From a virus: 64,000 nucleotides of DNA. The first letter of the stretch is position 1, and each line of letters opens with the position of its first letter. The notes beneath the pieces were generated by a model. That model did no database searches. It saw only the letters and a program-made list of their open reading frames with translations, and was not told the origin of the DNA. The DNA lies in IMG/VR virus record IMGVR_UViG_2878893965_000005, positions 694-64,693 of that record; one strand, 5' to 3'. Below are positions 46,972 to 56,900 of the stretch, one piece after another. A program made the position numbers and the translations under genes.

Positions 46972-47619
46972 ATGACTTTTATTACCGATGCAAAAAATGC
47001 CCGGTACGGGGATGACGGTATTATCATGGCGGATGTTCGCTTTGATGATTTAACCTCGCCGGACGGTACACCGCTTTATCTGCCTTATATTGCGACAGCG
47101 TATGATTCAGCGGATTTCGGTCCACAACTTTATTCCGATTTGAAATCGGGAAAATACGGAGAGGTTGAGCCGTTTATTGTTACTTCTGAAATGCTCACAG
47201 TAGCCAGGCTGGAAAAACACGATGAAATAAATGTCTGGCGCAATCAACAGGAGCACGGCAGTATCACTTTCAGTCTCAATGGTCACCGTTGGGACTGTGA
47301 TAAAGCTTCGCAGGACCGTCTTAGCGCATCCCTGGAGGCTGACCGGTTGAATATACTGCCCGCTGATTTTTTCTGGACGGATGCTGACAATATTGATGTT
47401 CCCGTTAAGTCCACAGACCTTGAAGCCATGAGTACAGCAATGAGCACAACGATGTTTTTACAGGGCTTCAGAATCCACGAACGTCAGCGCCAGATGAAAG
47501 AGGACGTTGATGCGCTGAGCGATTATCAGGCAATTAAGGACTATGTAGTGGGCTGGCCGGAGGAAGGACAAGCAGACAATGACAAAACTCGAACGATACA
47601 TGCAGCGGGTGATGGCTGA
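46972..47619 (+). CDS. Tail fibre assembly / DUF4376-like protein 2
   Basis: Paralog of 41091-41690 (DGTPLYLPY...LY.DLK.GKYG). Confidence 0.75.
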   Translation: MTFITDAKNARYGDDGIIMADVRFDDLTSPDGTPLYLPYIATAYDSADFGPQLYSDLKSGKYGEVEPFIVTSEMLTVARLEKHDEINVWRNQQEHGSITFSLNGHRWDCDKASQDRLSASLEADRLNILPADFFWTDADNIDVPVKSTDLEAMSTAMSTTMFLQGFRIHERQRQMKEDVDALSDYQAIKDYVVGWPEEGQADNDKTRTIHAAGDG

Positions 47620-47950
47620 TACCTGCAACCCGAATTTGCTGAATGAAATACAGGACGCCTGCCGTAAAAAGCAGGCGTTTTGCTTTGGTGCGCCGGATGG
47701 TCAACTGGTCCTGAAACCGATGGTGAAAGACGGCGTTCCGTATGTGCTGGTCTGGCTGGGAATTTGCGAGGGTTATGACAGCGTGTCGCGGTATCTGCCG
47801 GAGGTAAAGAAATTAACCCGCATGTCCGGTGGTCGTTGGGCGGAGTTTCATACAACGCGTAAAGGGTTTATCCGTCTGTCCGGACGGTTTGGATTTGAAC
47901 GGATGCCGGATGATGAGGACGGGTTCATGGTATTTCGCATTCAGGTGTAA
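47579..47950 (+). CDS. Conserved phage hypothetical protein
   Basis: 123 aa preceding the ejection genes. Confidence 0.6.
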   Translation: MTKLERYMQRVMADTCNPNLLNEIQDACRKKQAFCFGAPDGQLVLKPMVKDGVPYVLVWLGICEGYDSVSRYLPEVKKLTRMSGGRWAEFHTTRKGFIRLSGRFGFERMPDDEDGFMVFRIQV

Positions 47951-48010
47951 AAGTACGACATCACTGATAACCCTGCTCCGGCAGGGTTTTTTCATATAAG
48001 GAGCCAGAAA

Positions 48011-48661
48011 ATGGGTAAGGGTGGCGGAGGCAGTAACGAAATCAAAGAAACATCGCAGCAGAAGGCGCAGGCGGAAATAGCCATGAAGCAATGGCGTCTT
48101 TATAGCGACAAACTGAAGCCAATGGAAAATATCTTCATGGCGGACGTGGACAAGCTGAACAACAAGGAGAAATACCAGAATCTGGCCGGGGTGACGAATC
48201 TTGGCTACCAGAAACAGTTCGGAGAGGTCAGACACCAGGCCGCTAACCAGCTTGCAGCCGCCGGTGTTGATCCGTCCAGCGGCAAATACCAGGAAGCGAT
48301 GAACGATATTGCTGGGGAACAGGCTATCGGACAGATTGACGCAACCAACCGCGTACAGTCTTCTCAGGCTGATAAGTACATTGCCGGGTTGCAGGATGTG
48401 GTCGCTCTCGGGGCGGGGCAGAAAGCCGATGCGTTGCAGGGTTACAACAGCCTAGCGGAAAACAGTCTGCGTAAAGCGGGCATGGATGCTCAGGCGGCGT
48501 ATATGCGGCGTCAGGGGAATGCTTCGCTGGTAGGTGCTGGTATGGGGGCGCTTGCTGGTTATGCTTCTAATAAATTTGGCGGTAACAGCAGTCCTGTGCC
48601 GAAAACGGCGGGAATTGGCGCTAATGGTCTTCAGAATTTCGCCAGCGGGTTTAATTTTTAA
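48011..48661 (+). CDS. Internal virion / ejection protein
   Basis: MGKGGGGS start, Gln/Ala-rich, Gly-rich hydrophobic tail. Confidence 0.65.
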   Translation: MGKGGGGSNEIKETSQQKAQAEIAMKQWRLYSDKLKPMENIFMADVDKLNNKEKYQNLAGVTNLGYQKQFGEVRHQAANQLAAAGVDPSSGKYQEAMNDIAGEQAIGQIDATNRVQSSQADKYIAGLQDVVALGAGQKADALQGYNSLAENSLRKAGMDAQAAYMRRQGNASLVGAGMGALAGYASNKFGGNSSPVPKTAGIGANGLQNFASGFNF

Positions 48662-48673
48662 CGGAGGCTGATT

Positions 48674-49261
48674 ATGGGATTCGGAAAGGTATTTAAAAAG
48701 GTAGTTCACGTCTCAAACCCATTCAGCAAGGACAATCTCAGAAGTGCCGCTCTTGGCCTTCCTCCTGGTGTCGATCCGCGTGATAAGAAAAGTTTCCTTA
48801 TGCCGTATCACAAGGAAGATCCGCTGGGCGTCTATGGGGCAAATGGCGGAGGAACTGGCGATAAACACTACGCTTCTGATACTTATGCTCAGCTCATTCG
48901 AGAGCAGTATAACGACTGGCTGACTCGATACTTCCCGAAGCAGGAACGGCTCATGGAACTTGGCACCAATAATGAGTTGATGAATGAGCAGCTTGGCAGA
49001 ACTGACGGGATAGCGACACAAAGTCTGCGGTCTGCTCAACAGGGACTGAATAACCAGATGGCACGTTACGGGACTATCAGGCCGCAGAATCCGCAGGATA
49101 ACACCCTGGGGTTACGCTCGGCGCTGGCAATAGCCGGTGCGAAGAACGGGATTCGCGAGGCGCAACAGGACCGCCAGATGAACATTCTGACTGGCGGGGC
49201 AGCACCTGTACGCCAGCAGCTTAATATCGGCGGCGGCAGTAACAATAACGCGGGAACATAA
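48674..49261 (+). CDS. Internal virion protein
   Basis: Synteny and composition. Confidence 0.6.
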   Translation: MGFGKVFKKVVHVSNPFSKDNLRSAALGLPPGVDPRDKKSFLMPYHKEDPLGVYGANGGGTGDKHYASDTYAQLIREQYNDWLTRYFPKQERLMELGTNNELMNEQLGRTDGIATQSLRSAQQGLNNQMARYGTIRPQNPQDNTLGLRSALAIAGAKNGIREAQQDRQMNILTGGAAPVRQQLNIGGGSNNNAGT

Positions 49262-49262
49262 G

Positions 49263-49535
49263 ATGGGATACGGATTACTTGACGCGGCAAATCAGACGCG
49301 CAAAGAGGCAATGCAGGGGCTGGGTGAGGCTGACCAGTTGAATGAACAGCGCGAAATGATGAACAAGCAGATGAAAGAACAGGCCAAAATGCAGCATAAG
49401 CAGAATATTGGTACTGGACTGGCGACTGGTGCGACCACAGGAGCGATGATTGGTTCTGTTGTGCCTGGTATTGGAACAGCAATAGGTGCCGGGATAGGTG
49501 CTGTCGCAGGCGGTCTTTTCGGCTCACTATTCTGA
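49263..49535 (+). CDS. Small glycine-zipper ejection protein
   Basis: GATTGAMIGS..PGIGTAIGAGIG.VAGGL. Confidence 0.7.
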   Translation: MGYGLLDAANQTRKEAMQGLGEADQLNEQREMMNKQMKEQAKMQHKQNIGTGLATGATTGAMIGSVVPGIGTAIGAGIGAVAGGLFGSLF

Positions 49536-49545
49536 GAGGTGATAT

Positions 49546-50865
49546 ATGGACGGATTTGCTGAGGGTTTACTGGCGGGGTTCAGTACCGTTGATAATGCGA
49601 TGCAGCAGCGTAAGGCGCTGGGGCTGCGTGAGGCTGCACTGGCTCAGGAACAGAAGAACGCCGATCGTAACTATCAGATGGCGCAGGACAGATTTAGCTA
49701 CGAAAAAGAGACAGGCGATCGTGATTATCAGCACACGCTGAGCAGGGAAAAAGTGGGTGATGAGCACTGGGGAAAGGAGTTTGGCTTAAAACAGTCTGAG
49801 TCAGGTGCCCGTATAGGAATGGAGCGGCAGCGTCTGGGGATGCAAAAGGAGGAATATGATTTCAGGATGAACAATGCGAAGTATCAGCAGATGATGCAGC
49901 AGAATGAACCTATAACGAGAGGGATAACGAATGCTATTCAGGCGGGAGATTGGAGTGCAGCACAAGACATGGCTGCTGATGCTGATGATCGCATTCCGAT
50001 TGTTCGCATACTGAAAGATCCAAAGTACGCACAGTCAACGGTGTCAGCCGGGCAAAAACTCTACAGCATCATGTCGTCGCCGGAAGCGCATAAAGACCCG
50101 ATGGCAACCCTGCACAGCATTAACGAAAACATGGGTGATATTGCACCTCTTTTCCAGACAGAAGCCAATCGTTCCGTTGGTCAGGTTGATCCGAAAACCG
50201 GGCAAAAAATAGTATCTGCACAGGTACACCATATTGCCCCTGTACCGGATAAGAGTGACCATAACCATCATTCCGCTGATGATGTCGCCGTCTTTGTCAA
50301 AGTGAAATATGCAGATGGAAAGGAGGCGATTAAACCCATTACGGAGAACCGGAGTTCTGATTTACGGGATAATGTGAAACGCGTCAGTATTCACGGATTA
50401 CTGGATACAGCATCATCGCGTGTCGAAGCCAGCCACAATTACCTTCAGTATTTGCAGCAACCGCAGGGACTTTCAAAGGCTGATATCCAGAAAGAAGAGG
50501 CTAAGATTTATGCGAGCGCGGCAAGAGGTGGAACAGATGGACAGGTAGCGGTCGACCAGTTCGAGGCGAGGCTTGGGCTTCCTGGCGCGAAGGCGAGGGT
50601 TCAGCAGTCGCAGATAGATGGTGCGTCAAAAAAATTACTGGAAGATCCCGAAATTGCAGGTAATTCCGATGCGGTTGATGCGGTCAATTATTATGTGCAG
50701 ACGGGAAATCTGGGCATGCTGAAAAAGGATGAGGTTTTAAAAGCCGCAAGCAAAGCTGAGGATGAAAGAAAAAAAGCGAAAAAGGCCATGGAGAAAGCCA
50801 GTAACGACGAAACACACAGGTTGATAAAAGAGAATTACGGTAAACAACGTCTGCCCCCTGTTTAG
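49546..50865 (+). CDS. Internal virion / DNA transfer protein
   Basis: MDGFAEGLLAGF start and coiled-coil. Confidence 0.65.
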   Translation: MDGFAEGLLAGFSTVDNAMQQRKALGLREAALAQEQKNADRNYQMAQDRFSYEKETGDRDYQHTLSREKVGDEHWGKEFGLKQSESGARIGMERQRLGMQKEEYDFRMNNAKYQQMMQQNEPITRGITNAIQAGDWSAAQDMAADADDRIPIVRILKDPKYAQSTVSAGQKLYSIMSSPEAHKDPMATLHSINENMGDIAPLFQTEANRSVGQVDPKTGQKIVSAQVHHIAPVPDKSDHNHHSADDVAVFVKVKYADGKEAIKPITENRSSDLRDNVKRVSIHGLLDTASSRVEASHNYLQYLQQPQGLSKADIQKEEAKIYASAARGGTDGQVAVDQFEARLGLPGAKARVQQSQIDGASKKLLEDPEIAGNSDAVDAVNYYVQTGNLGMLKKDEVLKAASKAEDERKKAKKAMEKASNDETHRLIKENYGKQRLPPV

Positions 50866-50940
50866 TCCTGATACACATGTTTTATTGATAATTCCTGAGC
50901 CTGCTTATGCAGGCTTTTCTGTTTTTAAGGAGCATAAATA

Positions 50941-53900
50941 ATGCCTTTAATTCCTGATGTACGTCCCGAAGCGCAAAAAATAAACCCTAACCGTACCGAT
51001 CTGAATATCGAGCAACCTGACGAGCAGCCTTTTGACTATCATGCTTACCTTGACACCCTGACTCCCGGAAACGTCAAGGATTACCGTACCGGCGCGAATA
51101 TGAAGGATTATGGTATTGCGGTCACATCTGGTGCTGCTAATTTGCCTGAAGGTGTGGGTGCGCTGGCGAATTTTGGCGGTCAATGGCTGGAGAAAAAAGC
51201 GGGTGAATTATCGCCCGACCATTTTGTGGCAAAGTCTGCTTTGTCTGATATTGGCGGATTTCTTCATAAAGGCGGACAGGCTCTCCAGGAGGGGGTAAGC
51301 GACTGGAAACAGGATCTGGAGTCCGGTTATTCCGAACAGGCGAAAAATGCCCTTGAGCAGGGAGCTACAGGTAGCATAGCCGGACTGACGCTGAATCTGG
51401 CTAATGTGTTTGGTGATTTAGGCTCAATGGCGCTAACCGGGGGACTGGAAGGCATTGCGGCAAAAGGGGTTACATCAGCATTACTGAGGCGGGAAGCCGT
51501 ATCCGGGCTTGTCAGAAAGGGATTGACTAAAGAAGCCGCAGAAAAGGTTGCTGATGATGCGATGGAAATCGCAGCCAGAAAGACGGCAGCAACACAGGCA
51601 GGCAAAACCGCCAGCAAATATGGCTTTATCGCGAGTGGTACGGCTGATGCTCAGGGTAATACCGCAGCGTCAGCAGCGCAGGGGGTGCTGAATGCCTCGC
51701 CGCAGGAACTGGCTTCTTCCCCGACCTTTGTGAATCTGTATCAGTCAGTTCAGAGTGACCCACAATACGCCCATCTCAGCGACGCTGATAGGGTTCAGGT
51801 GGCGAAAGAACAACTGGCGAACAGGGTTGGTATGTCTGTCGCAACCGACCCTAAACTTCTCGCCGTCAATATCGGCAGTACCATGATGGGCGATAAGGCC
51901 GTGGCGGATATGGTACTGAACGGCGTATCAAAAAGCATTGTTGGGGGATTTACCAAAGGTGCATTAAGGGAAGGTACGCTGAACGGTCTCCAGTCCGGCT
52001 ACTCACAGTATGCGCAGAATGTGGCGCGTGATGAAGATGCGGGTATTGCTACCGATCACATGCAGGGTGTGGCACATGCAACAGGAGAAGGTACGCTGCT
52101 GGGCGGTATTCTCGGCGGTGGTGCCGGTATTGTTTCTGGTGTTCGCGGTCGTAACAGTAAGCCTGATATGCAACGAACCGATGCCGCGCGTGAGGCATTT
52201 GATGCTAAAGCGCAACGCGCCCGCGAAATGGCGCAGGATTCCCCGCATACGAAACCCGCCGACCCCGTTGAAAGTTACCGCCAGCAGTTTTCCGGTCTGA
52301 GTCGCGACGAACTGTTACAGCATTATACTGATGCCGACCTTGCGCCCGAAAATGATGTTGATGCGGTATATCGTAAACATGCGTCTAATAGTCTTCTCAA
52401 AGAGATGGAGCGTACTGACCAGTTGAAGGGTATCGTTGGTGAGATGCAGGGTAAGCCGCGTAATGAGGTACTGGCGGAATATCGTGACCTCAACGAGAAA
52501 GAGAAGCGCAATGAGACTGAACAAATACGCTGGGAAGCCGCACGTCAGGTACTGAAACCGCAGCCGAAAGCGACTGAACAACCACAACAGGCAGAAGCGC
52601 CACAGAAGCAGAGTATTTCTGTACCTACAGTACGTTTCGGTGATGACATACCTCATATCGAGATCACACAGGGGTCTCCGCGCCCACCTGAGCGTATTGA
52701 GAAGGTTCGTTCCGATAACAATTATTTTTCCGACGCACGCAGCGCAAAAAACAGTGATGTTTTCCGTAACGCTGAGCAGACCGGGTTAAAGCCGGAAATC
52801 GTTAAAAAAGGTGATCGTCAGTATGCGGTTGAAATGGATAACCCGCAGGTATCCGAAGACCGCGCAAGGGGAGTGATTAACACCCTGGCGATGGGTGAGC
52901 GCATACCGGATAAGCCAAAAACCACTGATCCGATGGAAATTCCCGCCTTTATGCGTGATCCGCGCTTCCGCGATTTTACTGACGAGCCGACGGAAGTTCA
53001 GCAGCACCTGACCCGTCGTAATGCGCCGACACCAGAAGAACTGGTGCATGAGCAGATGGCTAAAGGGGACTCAGGACCTACTGATAATGAACTGGCTGAG
53101 CGTCCGCGTCTGCCTTCACCTGGTGATATCCATCCGGGTCAGGGTTATCCGATGCCGGGAGACGTGCGCCATATGCCTGACGAACCTCCCGCTGGTCGTG
53201 GCGGACGTTACACCACGACTGGTGAGGTACAGGGGCAAAGCTACGAGAAAGGCCGTCAGTCCGTCTCACCTGAAGGTGTACCTCGCCAGGGTGAAACATT
53301 CCGGGGTGAACAGTCTTATCGTGAGTTGCCCGCGCCGGAAGGTCGGGAGGGTGGTAAAACTGAACATGAGCAGGAGATGGAAGACCGTCGCGCCCGCCTG
53401 GAAGAGGCTGACCGGATGGTGCAGGCGCAGCAGAAGCATGAAAAGGCTGCAGCAGAACGCGAGAAGAAGCACGATGAAGCGCTGGCGTCATTTCTGGCAA
53501 CCAAAGACGGGGAAATGCACCGTAAACGCGCACGTAATTACCTGACCAGCAGCATAAAAAGCGATGGCAAAATTACGTCAGTACGTGAACTGGTGGAAAA
53601 TCGTGTGGCGGATGGCTGGCGCATAAGAGAGAAAGACGGTACGCGCCGACTGGAACATCCTGATGGTCGTTTCCTGTTTGAGAAGGATATCGGCAAAACG
53701 GCGATGGACTATGCTGATCATCTTATCGAAAAGCACGAAATGGCGGCAAAGGCTGGTGAGGGTGAAAATAATCCATCGCAACCCGAAGTTCAGGAGCCGG
53801 AAAAGACAGAATCCCCTCGAGCTGCGGCCGAAAAATCCGGCGAAAAAATTGATGATTTCGGTGAGGTGATCCACGGCGCAGCCAAACATCGCCGCGCGGT

Positions 53901-56900
53901 ACTGGCTGATGATCTGAATACGGATAAAACGGCAGAAGACTACAGAACTCAGCCGTTCAGCAAACTGTTTCCGAAGCCGGACTATGAAAAAATGGCTGCG
54001 GAAGGAACGGATAATAAAACACTGGCAATGCTGGCGCTGTTACGCAACATGATACCCGCGAAGCCCCGTGCATCCCATCGCCTGAATCGCTGGGCAAAAC
54101 AGGTTGAGGAAGTCCGTGATACCGCCGGACAGTTGCTGGATGGCAGTCTGCCCGCCGATAAATTCATTGACCGTATCAGCCAGGAAAAAGGTTCGCATTA
54201 TCGCGAGATAGTGAACACCTGGGAGATGTTACATCGACTGTCACCTGCACAGATTGAGCAGGCGTCAGGCTACCGCGTCAAAACCCACGCCTACAGCATG
54301 TTCGGGGGTAAGGAGTACAGCCCGCCGAAGGTGATCCACTCCCTGGAAAACGATAAAGGCCGTAGTGTTCTGGACTCGGAAGACCTGAATGACCTGCATA
54401 AAAAAGCGAAGGCGTATTTTGACCAGCAGTCCGGCTCCCCGAAGTCTGCTGATGATAAAACGAAACTGGATATCTACCAGCATAAGCGCTCGGGGGAAGT
54501 GTTCATTGCATACGGTAAAAATAAAACCGTGCTTCAGCGTGGTTTTAAAACGCCAGCCGAAGCCCGCGAATACACGAAAACTCACCGCGCCGGGTTGCTG
54601 GAAAAACTGAATGCGCTGCGTGAACAGTCCCGCGAGGAACAGCGTAATGCTTCCAACCGTGACCGCTCAGGTCCCGATCGTCGTGAAGGTGACGTTACGC
54701 CGGAGAAGTTCAGTGATGCGTTTGGTTTCCGTGGCGTGCAGTTCGGTAACTACGTGGAGGGACCGCGTCGTCAGTCTGACCTCAACCGGGCATATGATTC
54801 GCTGATGGATATGTCGGACGTGCTGAAAGTTCCGGCTAAGGCACTTTCCCTGAATGGTCGTCTTGGCCTGGCATTTGGTGCGCGGGGTAAGGGTGGCAAA
54901 AATGCCGCCGCTGCCCACTATGAACCAGGGCAGGTGGCGATTAACCTCACCAAAGGTAACGGGGCCGGTTCTCTTGCGCATGAGTGGTTCCACGCGCTGG
55001 ACAACTACTTCGGGCAGCATGACGTCGCCAGGGATAGTGATGTTGCTTCCGGCGACAGGTTCATGACCGCACGTGATACCCGGGGGAGTCTGTATCAGCC
55101 TGAAGCATACCCTGTGCGGGAGGAGGTGTATGACGCATTTATGGGCGTCGTGAAGGCTGTTAACAATAGCGGTATGCGTCGTCGTAGTCTCCTCCTCGAT
55201 GATGTTCGCAGCAAACCGTACTGGTCTACCTATGTTGAAATGTCTGCGCGTGCCTTTGAGCGTTACGTACAGGATAAGGCCAAAGCCGCTGGCGTTGAGA
55301 ACGATTATCTGGTGAATATCCGTAAGGCTGATGACCACGGCTCACCGGATACTTACGCCTACCCGACGAACGAAGAGCTGGACGGCGGTATCCGCCAGGC
55401 ATTCGATAAACTTTTCAGCACCCTGAAAACCCGCGAGACTGACAAAGGCGTGGCGTTTTATTCCCGTGACGGACTGGAGCGTACGCCGGAAGGCAATGTG
55501 ATTTCACAGACCGGACACAGCGCTGATACTCAGACTCAGGGCAGCAGCGTACGCAAAGTGAAAACCGTGGCCCGTACCGTGATGGACCGCATTAAGGATA
55601 ACGACCTGAATGTTCGCGTGGTGAAATCGCAGGCAGAAGCGGCAGAACTGGCCGGAGAATCGCTGGATAATCACGGTAAAGTTCACGCCTTCTATCGCCC
55701 TGACGAGCATGAAATCGTTCTGGTGGCTGACAACCTGCCTGATGGTCGTACGGTACGTGAAAAATTACGTCACGAAATCATTCACCATGCGATGGAAAAC
55801 GTTGTCACGCCTGCCGAGTACAAAACCATCATTGATAATGTGCTGAAAACCCGCGACAGCAATAACGCCACGATTAAGGATATCTGGCGCAAGGTTGACG
55901 CCTCGTACGCTGATGAATCGCCACAGGTGCAGGCGGGTGAGTTTCTGGCGCATATGGCGGAGAAGCACACGCCGGGTAAGCTGGGGGCAGCATGGAACCG
56001 TATTGTCTCGCTGGTGAAGGCTGTCCTGCGCCGTACCGGACTGCTTCAGCCGTCAGACCTCAACGATATCGGCTATATTCGTGACACCATCAGAACGTTA
56101 GGCCAGCGTGTACGTGAAGGATACGTACCGCGTGATGGTGGCGAGGTATCTTACTCGCGTACGGGCAAACCTGATCCGTTCAAAGTGCCGGAAGGTGAGG
56201 GTGAGCGCTATCGCCGTGATTTAGCGAAAGCTGTAAAGTCTCACCGCTCCTCCGATATCAGCATTACGATAGGCCGCACCCCTCCGGTACTTCGTCATAT
56301 TGGGGCGCCTGATTTACCGCTGGTGATCTCCCGCGATACCGTGCGTAAGGCTACAAATGGTGTTAAACACGACGTACCGATGGAAGTGATAGAGCAGCTT
56401 CCCGAACTGATGCATGATCCAGAGGCTGTTTATCAGTCCGCCACTGAAAAAAATGCGGTCGTGATGCTGTTTGATGCCGTTGATAAAAATGGCGATCCGG
56501 TGATTGGTGCAGTGCATCTGAAAGCAGATAAAAAAGGACTTGAAATAAATAAGATTGCGTCTGTTTACGGGGCTTTCCCCAGCAAGCTTAGCAAAATGGA
56601 CAGAGAAGGGTTGGCGTTGTACAAAAAACAAAACCCTGATAATCAATCTGCCGGGGTGCTCCAATTGCACGGGGACAGCGATCATCAGGGTTCAGGTAGA
56701 AATATACTCTCTCCTGACGACATACGCAAGGGTCCGTATTACTCCCGTTCCAGAAGCGCACTTTCGCCGGAAGAAACGCTGGCAGCCCGCTTTGTACGTC
56801 GCGTGCAGGATAAATTCCAGGTGCTGAAAGCGGTTCAGGACAATATACGCAATTCCGGCGGTAAGCTGGATGACAGCAACAACGCGTATCTGGCGGAAGA

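Noticed and set aside
38458-47619. Diversity-generating retroelement or invertible tail-fibre cassette
   Set aside because: No reverse transcriptase, invertase, TR/VR pair or inverted crossover sites seen.
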